A stretch of DNA of 64,000 bases from the NCBI GenBank assembly GCA_049325595.1, contig JBMOLF010000010.1, positions 160,001 to 224,000 on the forward strand. Reading direction: 5' to 3'. This stretch comes from Candidatus Babelota bacterium (GTDB taxonomy: Bacteria; Babelota; Babeliae; Babelales; Vermiphilaceae). The position numbers were made by a program, and so were the translations under genes. Each line of letters begins with the position of its first letter. Position 1 is the stretch's first letter. The notes below the pieces were generated by a model, which did not search any database, had not been told where the DNA came from, and was given only the letters and a program-made list of their open reading frames with translations. This document shows, one piece after another, positions 1 through 14,146 of this stretch.

Positions 1-1
1 A

Positions 2-589
2 TTAGGTGAAATTGCAGGAAAAATGGGTTTAGCGCCTCTTGGTCGCTATGCAACTTTTGTTATGGTTCCTGCAATGTTATTGTTTAAGCTCAATGCAGTG
101 CAAATTATTATTATTGCAACTTTTGTAGAAATTGCTGGCGGCGTAACTGCCGATATTTTGTTTAGCCGTAAAATGGCGCGACTAGCGCATATATCAAGAA
201 ACAAAATAATGTGGTATCAATATTTAGGATTGCTTGCAAGTAGCTTGTGTATTGGGGTAGTTTTTTGGTTGTTTATTTCGCATTTGCATTTGGGTTCTGA
301 TACATTATTTGCTTATAAAGCGCAAAGTAGGGCATTGCTGGTAAATGCAAAGCAGTTTAATTATTTTGTTTTAGCGCTAGGTGTTTTGTTTGGTCTTTTT
401 CTCAAACAAATAAAAATGAATCCTGCGTTAGTACTTGGTGGATTGCTTATGCCGCTTAACTTATCACTAGGTCTTATTGTGGGTGGGTTACTTACTCTCT
501 TGACCAACAATAAAGAAGAATATTTTCCTTTTTGGTCAGGAGTTTTTGCCGCCAATTCAATTTGGATGTTGATTAAAGCACTATGGTAA
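2..589 (+). CDS. OPT/YSL-family oligopeptide transporter-like membrane protein, C-terminal part (5' truncated by window)
   Basis: Frame is open from the window edge (LGEIAGKMGLAPLGR...); several hydrophobic helices; 'PALVLGGLLMPL' resembles OPT C-termini. Confidence 0.55.
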   Translation, partial: LGEIAGKMGLAPLGRYATFVMVPAMLLFKLNAVQIIIIATFVEIAGGVTADILFSRKMARLAHISRNKIMWYQYLGLLASSLCIGVVFWLFISHLHLGSDTLFAYKAQSRALLVNAKQFNYFVLALGVLFGLFLKQIKMNPALVLGGLLMPLNLSLGLIVGGLLTLLTNNKEEYFPFWSGVFAANSIWMLIKALW

Positions 590-747
590 GTACGGAGTTT
601 AAAAAAGAACTTGTAGATAAAGTAAAAAAACTATTTTTTTATCAAAAAGCTTTATGCTACAGTATCATTGTATAAAAACATACCATGGGTTAGGGGGAAT
701 TAGGGAAAAATGGAGGCCTACCCTTGTGATTTTTTGATGTTTATTTG

Positions 748-1833
748 TTATTCTAATAAAGTTTCGATATTTACAGTAACAAAATGGGTTGTTGTTTTAT
801 TTTCCATTGTTGATTGTGCGATAAAAGTGCATAAACTATTTTGAACTTTTATCATTAAAATTTGATAGTCCGCTTTGATAATGTTATCTAATACTTTTCT
901 TGGTTTAGCAATTTTGAAAGCTAACTTGGCGGAGGTAAAATTACTGTCGCAAACTATTGTGTCGTCTTTTTTGCTAATTATGATTAATTTGTTTGATGTA
1001 TTATCAAAAGTATAATCTTTAATATCTTTTACTTCTTTTGGTAAATGTAATTTGGTAAATACTACATTACCATTGGTTTGTATCAAAAATAGTTTTCCAG
1101 TGTTCTGCAATCCTAATAATTCACTATCATTGATAAAGCTTAATTTTGAAAAATAAAGACCGTTATTATTGTTGTTAAAGGCTATTGGAGTCAAGGTTAA
1201 GGGTGATGTTTCCGTTACATTAATTTTAAAAATGGTAAAGGGGTTATGACATGGATTAATATTTCGTGCTGAAATAGCAAGTAAATTATGTGTTGATAGT
1301 GCTTGTGCGCATAAACAAATCGATTCGCCTTTTTGATCAGAGATTAAATTAAAGGGATGAAGTTTCTTAGTTTTTAAATTTTTTAGATAAAGTCTGACCT
1401 TGTAGGCAAACTTTTCGCGATAATTTATACCATAGGCTATTAAAGAATCTGCATTAGGTCCATCCATAAAATTGCGGTAATAATTTGATATACAAGGATT
1501 TTCTAATACATAATGATGCAAATCATCATAGGCCGATTTAATCAAATATCCTCGTGAGAGTTTTTCTAAGCAGATCAAATTATTATCAACAGATTTTTTA
1601 TCAGCGCTGTCAAACCAATTTTCGCTTATTGTTGTATTACAATGGTCGTTTATTTCATCTAAATTAGGTGAATTAATTTTAAATTTTCTTTTAAAGTAAG
1701 AATGCGATATTTTTTTACTATTTTTAGGCGATAAGCTTATAAAATAAGAAGATGCTGATTTAGTTATTGTGTTTTCGCTGCAAGATAATGATGTGATAGA
1801 AAAAATAGATAATAAAATGATTTTGCTTTTCAA
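748..1833 (-). CDS. Hypothetical exported/lipoprotein-like protein
   Basis: 361-aa ORF, TTG start, signal-like N-terminus MKSKIILLSIFSITSLSC; no family recognised. Confidence 0.7.
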   Translation of the reverse strand: MKSKIILLSIFSITSLSCSENTITKSASSYFISLSPKNSKKISHSYFKRKFKINSPNLDEINDHCNTTISENWFDSADKKSVDNNLICLEKLSRGYLIKSAYDDLHHYVLENPCISNYYRNFMDGPNADSLIAYGINYREKFAYKVRLYLKNLKTKKLHPFNLISDQKGESICLCAQALSTHNLLAISARNINPCHNPFTIFKINVTETSPLTLTPIAFNNNNNGLYFSKLSFINDSELLGLQNTGKLFLIQTNGNVVFTKLHLPKEVKDIKDYTFDNTSNKLIIISKKDDTIVCDSNFTSAKLAFKIAKPRKVLDNIIKADYQILMIKVQNSLCTFIAQSTMENKTTTHFVTVNIETLLE

Positions 1834-2032
1834 TGTTTTATAGCCTCTCCAGCTTTTTTTAATTAAGAATGCCTCTAAATTGAATAAAACATCAATGCTT
1901 TGTTTTCAAAATATCCTTACTGCAAAAATCATTTAGATATTTATTTTCTAACAATACATTTTATTGAAAGTTAATTTTATTTAGCTATCATATTGAGCTA
2001 ATATATTTTAATTAACCTTCGGGGGATTTTCT

Positions 2033-2728
2033 ATGAACAGGTATCTATCATTTAAGTTTTTATTGGGTATTCATTTATTAATGAGTGCACAACATAGTTT
2101 TTCTATGTGGAAAGAGGCATCAAATAAATTTAAATCTAATTTTGAAAATTTAGTTAATCGTGCTACTAATTTTTCTCTATCGCCAACTACACAATTTGGA
2201 TTAGGAATTAGCATTGGGTTTGCGGGAATTTCAGCCAGTAAGATTAAACAAAGAGTTGATCAATACAATAATGCAATCAATCAAAAGTTAAGCAAGCCGC
2301 TAACAACTAAGGGTAAATCTGCAGCCTTTGAATATGCAGTTCGTTATAAAGCATTTGATATTCTTAATAAAACTAATAATTTTCAAAAAAATCAGCACAT
2401 TATAGGAGCAGGTGATTTCACCGAATCTGCTATTACTCTTGCTGCAAATGATTATTTAAAAAATCTTAATAATGTTTTTAAGGAAGAGCAATTTGAAGAT
2501 AAAGTTGAGCATATAAAAGATAATTTGAGAAAATATAAACAAGGGCTAAATAATCAAAAAAGAGATCCTATTTTTTCGTACTATACTAATATGAGTTGGT
2601 ATAAAAAAGCATGGTTTGGACAAAGTGCTGAAAAATGGCACATTGCTCCTGATTATAAATTATCTGAACGTATTCGGTACTATGATCCTATTGCCGCGCT
2701 TGAGGATATTGCACGAGGTAAAAAATAA
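2033..2728 (+). CDS. Hypothetical secreted protein
   Basis: 231-aa ORF, GGGGA upstream, signal peptide ending SFS|M, second hydrophobic segment. Confidence 0.75.
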   Translation: MNRYLSFKFLLGIHLLMSAQHSFSMWKEASNKFKSNFENLVNRATNFSLSPTTQFGLGISIGFAGISASKIKQRVDQYNNAINQKLSKPLTTKGKSAAFEYAVRYKAFDILNKTNNFQKNQHIIGAGDFTESAITLAANDYLKNLNNVFKEEQFEDKVEHIKDNLRKYKQGLNNQKRDPIFSYYTNMSWYKKAWFGQSAEKWHIAPDYKLSERIRYYDPIAALEDIARGKK

Positions 2729-2750
2729 ATATCAAAAAAGATAATATAAC

Positions 2751-2776
2751 AAAAAGGCCGCATTCAACGCGGCCTT
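2751..2776 (-). terminator. Intrinsic terminator for prfB (possibly bidirectional)
   Basis: AAGGCCGC-7nt-GCGGCCTT hairpin between convergent genes, T-run on minus strand. Confidence 0.75.
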
Positions 2777-2794
2777 AATTATTTAGATTGAAAA

Positions 2795-3880
2795 TTATTT
2801 TTTGGTTGCCCAAATTAAATAACTCTCAATAAAATCCATAAGTTCGCCATCAAGAATCAAATCTGGTTGAGGTGATTCGTGATCGGTGCGATGATCTTTA
2901 ACCATTTTATACGGATGCAGCACGTAAGATCGAATTTGCGATCCCCATTCAATTTTCTTTTTTTCTATAGCAGCAGTTTTTGCTTCTTGTTCTTCTTTAG
3001 CTTTTTGAGCGAGCCGCGCCTTGAGCATTTTCATTGCTGTTTCTTTATTTTGGGTCTGCGAACGCTCATTTTGGCATGAAACAACAATGCCCGAAGGATG
3101 GTGTGTTATACGGATAGCCGATTCAGTTTTATTAACGTGTTGGCCGCCAGCGCCACCAGCACGGAAAGTGTCAATGCGCAAATCATTAGGATCGATAGTA
3201 ATTTCTACTTCAGGTACTTCAGGAGTAAGGCTTACTGCAGCAAAAGAAGTATGTCGTCTTTTTGCAGCATCAAAGGGAGATATTCGTACTAAACGGTGAA
3301 TGCCCTGTTCACCTTTGAGTAATCCATAAGGATTTTTGCCTCTAATAAAAAGTGTTGCAGATTTTATACCAGCACCTTCTCCTACTTGATGGTCTACTAT
3401 TTCTACGGGTAAACGCTCGCGCTCGCAGAATCTTACATACATACGCAGCAAAATTTCAGCCCAATCTTGTGACTCGGTACCGCCCGCACCACAATTAATA
3501 CTCAAAAAGGCGTTGGAGCTATCTTGAGGGTCGTTAAGTAAAAGAGCTATTTTAAAAGAGTTAACTGCTTTTTTTAAAGCAATTATTTCACTGCTTAACT
3601 TCTTTAATTCTTCTTCATCATCTTTAAACATGGCTATAAATTCTTCCATATCTTTATGGTTTTGGGTGATGTGAAGATATTGTTCTCTTATGGTACGTAC
3701 TTTTTGTAATTCTTTTAAGATTTCAGCTTGATTTTGATTTTTCCAGAAATCTTCTTGTTCGGTTTCCTTATGTAATTTTTGATATTTTTCTTCAAGATTG
3801 GCATTTTCCCAGTAAGCCTTGATGATGGCAATATCAGGTTGCATAGACTTTAATTGTTCTTGTAATTCGTCAAAAAACAT
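2795..3880 (-). CDS. prfB: Peptide chain release factor 2
   Basis: SPF motif (HRLVRISPFD), GGQ motif, WGSQIRSY; likely start MFFDEL at 3880; one continuous frame. Confidence 0.96.
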   Translation of the reverse strand: MFFDELQEQLKSMQPDIAIIKAYWENANLEEKYQKLHKETEQEDFWKNQNQAEILKELQKVRTIREQYLHITQNHKDMEEFIAMFKDDEEELKKLSSEIIALKKAVNSFKIALLLNDPQDSSNAFLSINCGAGGTESQDWAEILLRMYVRFCERERLPVEIVDHQVGEGAGIKSATLFIRGKNPYGLLKGEQGIHRLVRISPFDAAKRRHTSFAAVSLTPEVPEVEITIDPNDLRIDTFRAGGAGGQHVNKTESAIRITHHPSGIVVSCQNERSQTQNKETAMKMLKARLAQKAKEEQEAKTAAIEKKKIEWGSQIRSYVLHPYKMVKDHRTDHESPQPDLILDGELMDFIESYLIWATKK

Positions 3881-4348
3881 AAAATTCCTGTTTGCGGTTA
3901 TTACTTGGTGATAACTAGCATAACACACCAGGCTTAGCCTGGTAATAGGTAGACTTTTTAATTGTATGCAAAAAAAGATAATTTTTATTAAAATTTGGCT
4001 GCAAATTTATAGTGTTTTTAAAGGAAACTTTTTTGCCCTATATATAATAAGGATATATATGGCCAAAAAGTAACATAAATAATGATTATTAATTTTTATA
4101 TATCTGATAACCAAAGAAATAAAATTATGTATAAGAAAAATGAAAAAAAATTTAAAAAGTTATAGTTATTTTAAACTTTTTTGAAAAAATTTTTCGATTG
4201 TCTTAGAAAAAATATCTGTGCAGATACAATTTAAATATAGATCGATTGGATCGGCATATTCAAAATAAATGTGCGTATTGTTAATTAAATGTTTAAAGGT
4301 CTTTTTTCTACGAATTTAAAAAAAAATAAAAAAATTTATAAAAAAGTG

Positions 4349-4376
4349 TTGACTCTATTTAGAATGCAGTTATAAT
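4349..4376 (+). promoter_or_regulatory. sigma70-type rRNA operon promoter
   Basis: TTGACT-16bp-TATAAT preceded by A-tracts (UP-element-like). Confidence 0.8.
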
Positions 4377-4431
4377 TTAACCATCATTGATTGAAAGTTC
4401 GAAACAACGAAACGAATCAAACGAAAAAGTT

Positions 4432-4443
4432 TTCTTTGAAATA
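4432..4443 (+). promoter_or_regulatory. boxA-like antitermination element (second copy at 6426-6437 before 23S)
   Basis: TTCTTTGAAATA occurs identically in the 16S leader and the 23S leader. Confidence 0.6.
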
Positions 4444-4503
4444 CATGGGAATAACAAATAAGCCTACCAGTTCTTTAAGTAAAAAGAACCCAATTCAATT
4501 TTT

Positions 4504-6047
<1,544 letters not shown>

Positions 6048-6156
6048 CGAGGGAGTAAAATCCGACTAGATTTTATCTGGTCATTATATTTAGGTGTAAT
6101 TTGAAAGTCTTTTTCTAAAGACTGGTAGGCAATAAATAACTAATACTCTACGGGCT

Positions 6157-6233
6157 GGGCCTATAGCTCAGGTGGTTAGAGCACCCCGCTGATAACGGGG
6201 AGGTCAGTCGTTCAAGTCGACTTAGGCCCACCA
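6157..6233 (+). tRNA. tRNA-Ile(GAT)
   Basis: Cloverleaf, anticodon arm CCCCG-CT-GAT-AA-CGGGG, encoded CCA. Confidence 0.97.
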
Positions 6234-6260
6234 AGCTATAGTAACTAACTCCAAGAGAAT

Positions 6261-6336
6261 GGGGATGTAGCTCAGTTGGTAGAGCGTCCGTTTTGCACGC
6301 GGAAGGTCAGCGGTTCGATTCCGCTCATCTCCACCA
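6261..6336 (+). tRNA. tRNA-Ala(TGC)
   Basis: Cloverleaf, anticodon loop TT-TGC-AC, G3:U70 pair, CCA. Confidence 0.97.
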
Positions 6337-6480
6337 AAAAAAGTAAAAAATAAGTTGTTTATTAATTATTCTTGTGTATACTATCTGAAGCTTAAAAAAG
6401 AGATAGTGATAAAAAATTTCTTGTGTTCTTTGAAATATATGTAGATTAAGTACTCAACGCTGAGTAAACCAATAAATTTG

Positions 6481-9499
<3,019 letters not shown>

Positions 9500-9593
9500 A
9501 CTAAAAATCTTATTGGTCGAAAGTTGTGTGCTTAATCTACACTTATCAACACACAAGAAAAAATTATTATGACATTTAATGTCACTAACAAAT

Positions 9594-9709
9594 TTCTGGT
9601 GGGTATAGCTACAGGGAAACACCCGTTCCCATTCCGAATACGGAAGTTAAGTCTGTAGCGCCGATGATACTTGTCTGGAGACGGACTGGAAAAGTAGGTA
9701 CTGCCAGGT
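9594..9709 (+). rRNA. rrf: 5S rRNA
   Basis: CTGGTGG...CACCCGTTCCCATTCCGAATACGGAAGTTAAG...AGTAGGTACTGCCAG. Confidence 0.96.
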
Positions 9710-9716
9710 TATATTA

Positions 9717-9746
9717 AAGCCTCGAGAATTTCTCGAGGCTTTTTTT
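9717..9746 (+). terminator. rrn operon intrinsic terminator
   Basis: AAGCCTCGAGA/TCTCGAGGCTT stem followed by T-run. Confidence 0.9.
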
Positions 9747-9802
9747 ATGCTTATTAAATTATTTAATATGAGAGAAAAGACATTTACTATCTTTTTGCTT
9801 CG

Positions 9803-10981
9803 TTATAACAAATCAATTGTAAATAAAGAATCATAGCTCTCGCAGCTTTCCATAAAATCCTTTGTGGTAATCCATTGTGGAACGACTCGCTGTGCATATG
9901 ATAAAAACGAGAGCAATCCTACGCGATGTTCAGTATTACCAGCTTGATCGGTTACTTTTTCAGGAAATGCAATGCCAAAGCCAAATAAACGTGGTCCAAT
10001 TGTACCAGTTGATTCATTGTATACCACATTGCTGTTATCTCCATTAATGAGTGGTATATTATTACGTTCAAAACCACAAGCATAAATTATTTTAGTGCAA
10101 TTAACTAACCATTTTTTACGTGCTTCTGGTGTATTAATAATTCTGATGAGATTGCTTGGAAGTTTTTTTTCTAAAACTTCTTTGGCCCAACGTGCAGTTA
10201 TTCCCTTCAATCCTTCTTCTTGATGTAAAATCCAACTACCCATATCAACAGCATATTTAATCGGTTCAGTATAAAAATTTATAATACGGCCTACGCGCAA
10301 CTCAGAAAGAAATTTCAAGATTAAAATAGCAGAATGTGCACTTCCGACAACACCAACCACATCAGAAGGCATTATTGCTTGTGTTAAAGCTGTTTTATCA
10401 AGAGCTACATCAAAGGGAATTTCTTTAAGACCATAATTTAGTTTTTTTGGGTGTGATCCAGTAGCAAGCACCACATATCGTGCCTTAATTGTTTTATTGT
10501 TTTCTGTTTGTATGTGCCAAACATCATCGATAAAATCAAGACTAATTACCTTTCCCTGAACGCCATCAACTTTTGTTAAAAGATATTGCGTTATTTCCTG
10601 CAATGGATCAATAATAACTTTTAAAAAACACTCATAATTGGGATCAAGTTCACAATTATATAATAGTTTTTCAAGAGCGGGAGATTTAACTTCTTGAAAG
10701 GTTTTTAAAGATTTAAAGAATTTGATTAAAACGCCAGTTTTTACATTTCCGGGAACGGTAGGATAAGAACTTAATCTTCCTACGGTAAAATTATTGGCAT
10801 CTGCCCAATGAATTTCGTTATCTGGAATTCCCAAATCTCGGAGCAGTGATACCATTATTATTCCTGCTGGACCACCACCTACAACGAACCAATCCTGAAT
10901 TTCAGGTTCATTTTGCGAAAAAACGAAATTGAAATTTAAACAAAAAAAACAACTTAATAAAAAACAAACTAATTGCTTCAT
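9803..10981 (-). CDS. FAD/NAD(P)-binding oxidoreductase with N-terminal signal peptide
   Basis: VVGGGPAG Rossmann motif, VVLATGS, second dinucleotide motif VVGSAHSA, YACGF. Confidence 0.8.
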   Translation of the reverse strand: MKQLVCFLLSCFFCLNFNFVFSQNEPEIQDWFVVGGGPAGIIMVSLLRDLGIPDNEIHWADANNFTVGRLSSYPTVPGNVKTGVLIKFFKSLKTFQEVKSPALEKLLYNCELDPNYECFLKVIIDPLQEITQYLLTKVDGVQGKVISLDFIDDVWHIQTENNKTIKARYVVLATGSHPKKLNYGLKEIPFDVALDKTALTQAIMPSDVVGVVGSAHSAILILKFLSELRVGRIINFYTEPIKYAVDMGSWILHQEEGLKGITARWAKEVLEKKLPSNLIRIINTPEARKKWLVNCTKIIYACGFERNNIPLINGDNSNVVYNESTGTIGPRLFGFGIAFPEKVTDQAGNTEHRVGLLSFLSYAQRVVPQWITTKDFMESCESYDSLFTIDLL

Positions 10982-11061
10982 ATATTCTCTCCTTTTTAAC
11001 TAATATCATTACTGTATAAAAGATTATCTATATGCTACAAGGATTAGTTTTGGTTCGTTGA

Positions 11062-12399
11062 TTAAGAAAAAAGGGCTAATAATTCATAAACATTATTATA
11101 TCTTTTTACCTGTGCGTTTATTGGATCTAGTTTTTGATTAGCGCTAATGAGGAAATTATTAAAACCAAATTTTTCAGCTTCTTTTGCAAAAATATTAATT
11201 TGATTAATAGGTTTGATTTGACCAGTGAGACTAATTTCACCAAGCGCTATTGTTTTTTCTGGCAATGGTTGTTGGAAATAACTTGAAAGCAAAGCAAGTG
11301 CTATACCAAGATCACTCGTGCTTCCTTTTAATTTAAAACCACCACTTGTTTTAAAAAATATATCATGTCCACTAAAGCGTATATGCAGATATTTTTCTAG
11401 AATTGCTGCAATTAAAACAACTTCTTTATGATCAATACCGGTAATAACTCTTTGAGGTATTGCCATTTTAGATTCAATTGTTAAAGCTTGAATTTCAAGC
11501 AAAAGAGGCCGTGATCCTTCTACAATTGAAACTAAGGCAGATCCAGGAGCTTGGCTAATATCATTCAATAAATATTGATTGATATTGCACACTTCTTGCA
11601 AGCCATGTGAATTCATTTCAAAAAATCCCAGTTCATTTACTGTTCCAAATCGATTTTTTACCGATCTTAAAACACGGGTCTCAAAACGATCTTCTCCTTG
11701 GAGATAAAATACCGCATCTACCATATGCTCTAATGTTTTAGGACCAGCAATATTACCCTCTTTAGTAATATGACCAGTTAAGATAATTGTTACTCCCTGT
11801 TCTTTTGCAAGCCTCATTAATTGAAAAGCTGATTCACGTAATTGGCCTACACTTCCGGGGTATGTTTGTGTGTCTGATGTGTAACAGTTTTGTATGGAAT
11901 CTATAATAAGTACATCGGGCTTTTCTTGAGTGGCGACATTAATTATTGATTCAAGGTCTGCATTGTCAGAAAAAAGCAAATTAGTTTCAAGACAGCCAAC
12001 CCGATCAGCGCGTTGTTTTACTTGATTGAGTGATTCTTCGGTGGAAAAATAAAATACGCGATATTGAGATGCCAATGCATTACAAACTTGTAATAGAAGT
12101 GTCGATTTACCTATACCAGGATCACCAGTTAAAATCACTAATGAGTAAGGCATAATACCACCACCCATTACACGATCCCATTCCCCAATACCCGTTAACA
12201 AACGAGGAATATTAGTGCTACTTACTGTATGTAACTGTGTAAGCTCAATTTTTTTATGAGAACTTTTTTTTACCAAATTATCTGTCAGTATATTTTCTTG
12301 AAAGGTGCTCCAGCCATTGCATTCTGGACAACAGCCAAGCCATTTTAAACTTTTATAATCGCATTGCGCACAGATGAAAAGCGATTTTGTCTTACTCAT
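11062..12399 (-). CDS. radA: DNA repair protein RadA/Sms
   Basis: N-terminal C4 zinc finger, Walker A GDPGIGKS, KNRFG motif, Lon-like C-terminus. Confidence 0.96.
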   Translation of the reverse strand: MSKTKSLFICAQCDYKSLKWLGCCPECNGWSTFQENILTDNLVKKSSHKKIELTQLHTVSSTNIPRLLTGIGEWDRVMGGGIMPYSLVILTGDPGIGKSTLLLQVCNALASQYRVFYFSTEESLNQVKQRADRVGCLETNLLFSDNADLESIINVATQEKPDVLIIDSIQNCYTSDTQTYPGSVGQLRESAFQLMRLAKEQGVTIILTGHITKEGNIAGPKTLEHMVDAVFYLQGEDRFETRVLRSVKNRFGTVNELGFFEMNSHGLQEVCNINQYLLNDISQAPGSALVSIVEGSRPLLLEIQALTIESKMAIPQRVITGIDHKEVVLIAAILEKYLHIRFSGHDIFFKTSGGFKLKGSTSDLGIALALLSSYFQQPLPEKTIALGEISLTGQIKPINQINIFAKEAEKFGFNNFLISANQKLDPINAQVKRYNNVYELLALFS

Positions 12400-12402
12400 C
12401 TG

Positions 12403-12984
12403 CTAGTATCCATCCAGTTGATAACAATTACGACAACGGGCTTGATATGCTTCTTTTGCCCCAACTAAAATTACCGGATCTTCAGATCGAGCAGGAAAGC
12501 CATTAATTAATCGTTGGCTAAGTAAAGCATCATCTCCACATTCTGTACATATAGCTGTTAACTTAGTAACAGTATCTGCAAGTGCCATTATGACAGGCAT
12601 TACACCAAAGGGCAAACCACGAAAATCAAGATCTAGTCCTGCAATAATAACTCTTTTACGAAGATTAATAAGAGTTTTGATTACTAACAAAATTTCTTCA
12701 GAAAAAAACTGTGCTTCATCTATACCAATTACTGTTGCATTTGAATCGGTAACCAATTGAACTAACAATCTGATATCAGATAATGAGTGAGTTTGAAATT
12801 TAGAACCATTGTGTGAAACAATATGTTCTACTGACCAGCGATCATCAAGTGCATGTTTAACGCATAAAACATTTTGACGCGCTATTTGGGCTCGACGTAA
12901 CCGACGTATTAATTCTTCAGATTTTCCCGAGAACATTGGCCCGCAGATGACCTCTAAAAAACCTTTATTGTGAGAAATTTTCAT
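12403..12984 (-). CDS. tdk: Thymidine kinase (type II)
   Basis: GPMFSGKS, IDEAQFF, GLDLDF, C-terminal Zn motifs CTEC/CRNC. Confidence 0.96.
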   Translation of the reverse strand: MKISHNKGFLEVICGPMFSGKSEELIRRLRRAQIARQNVLCVKHALDDRWSVEHIVSHNGSKFQTHSLSDIRLLVQLVTDSNATVIGIDEAQFFSEEILLVIKTLINLRKRVIIAGLDLDFRGLPFGVMPVIMALADTVTKLTAICTECGDDALLSQRLINGFPARSEDPVILVGAKEAYQARCRNCYQLDGY

Positions 12985-13060
12985 AATATTAATGATTAAA
13001 AGAAGATTATATATTAAACTTTTTTAAAAACATACACCTCTTAAGATATCCCAAAAGCAT

Positions 13061-13822
13061 ATGAAAAACAAAAAAAATAATACATCGGCAAATGAATTCA
13101 CTCTTAACAAATTTTTAGCTCACGCAGGTGTTGCATCCCGTCGTAAAACAGTAGAAATAATAAAAAAAAATTTGGTTAAAGTTAATGGTAAAGTAATCAA
13201 TGATCCTTCTTACAAAGTTCATGAAAATGACCAAATTACAATCGATGGCGATTTAATTACCATCGAAGAAAAAAAATATTTGCTCCTTAATAAACCAACA
13301 AAAATAATTTCTACGGTTTCAGATGAAAAAGGAAGAGCAACCGTTGTTGATGTTATTGGTGATTATGCCAAAGAATTACGATTATATCCTGTCGGTCGCT
13401 TAGATTATGAAACTACTGGTCTGCTTTTGCTAACAAATGATGGTCAACTTGCTCATCAACTTGCGCATCCAAGGTTTGAAATAAAAAAAATTTATCATGT
13501 TACTCTTGATAAACCTGTACAATTAAAACACCTTGAACTGATTAAAAAAGGGGTAATGCTGGAAGATGGTAAAGTTGTGGTGGATAATATTACTCACGTT
13601 TCAGGAAAACCGATGAATCATGTACACATAACCTTACATAGCGGAAAATATCGAATAGTTCGTCGATTATTTGAAGCCTTAGGGTTTGTGGTACACAAAC
13701 TCGATCGTATTAATTATGCAGGATTAACAAAAAGAGGATTGCCCATTGGGGCCTGGCGTAACTTAAGAAAAGAAGAAGTTAAAAAATTGTATCTTTTAGC
13801 TTCTAAAAAAATTAAAAAATAA
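13061..13822 (+). CDS. rRNA pseudouridine synthase, RsuA/RluB family
   Basis: S4 domain (LNKFLAHAGVASRR), catalytic GRLD, GLLLLTNDG. Confidence 0.92.
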   Translation: MKNKKNNTSANEFTLNKFLAHAGVASRRKTVEIIKKNLVKVNGKVINDPSYKVHENDQITIDGDLITIEEKKYLLLNKPTKIISTVSDEKGRATVVDVIGDYAKELRLYPVGRLDYETTGLLLLTNDGQLAHQLAHPRFEIKKIYHVTLDKPVQLKHLELIKKGVMLEDGKVVVDNITHVSGKPMNHVHITLHSGKYRIVRRLFEALGFVVHKLDRINYAGLTKRGLPIGAWRNLRKEEVKKLYLLASKKIKK

Positions 13823-13930
13823 TAAATAAAAATATTTACTTTTATTAAGCCAAAGGTACAGTATAAAAAATATTTTATTTCTGTGATGAAATATTTTATC
13901 TTTTTTCGATACAACAGTTATAGGATGACA

Positions 13931-14143
13931 ATGAAAAAATATTTTTTATTATTTAGCATGGTTGCCATTTTTGGTAATGCTAGTGAGAATCTTAATTTGC
14001 CATATAAAAATAAATTAAAGATTAAAGAAGAAAAAGTTTTAAAAGAATTTAAACAAAAACGCACTGAAGAAAAAATTTCCCGAAGTAATTTAGCTGGATT
14101 AAGACTAAACCGAGTAATTAAAGCTAAACGTGAATTATTTTAA
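13931..14143 (+). CDS. Small hypothetical secreted basic protein
   Basis: TAGGA upstream of MKKYFLLFSMVAIFGNA signal-like peptide; ends 3 nt before murA. Confidence 0.55.
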   Translation: MKKYFLLFSMVAIFGNASENLNLPYKNKLKIKEEKVLKEFKQKRTEEKISRSNLAGLRLNRVIKAKRELF

Positions 14144-14146
14144 AAA

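Noticed and set aside
3944..4340. Long AT-rich intergenic stretch as possible oriC
   Set aside because: No TTATCCACA-type box cluster and no dnaA/dnaN nearby; explained as rrn/prfB upstream region
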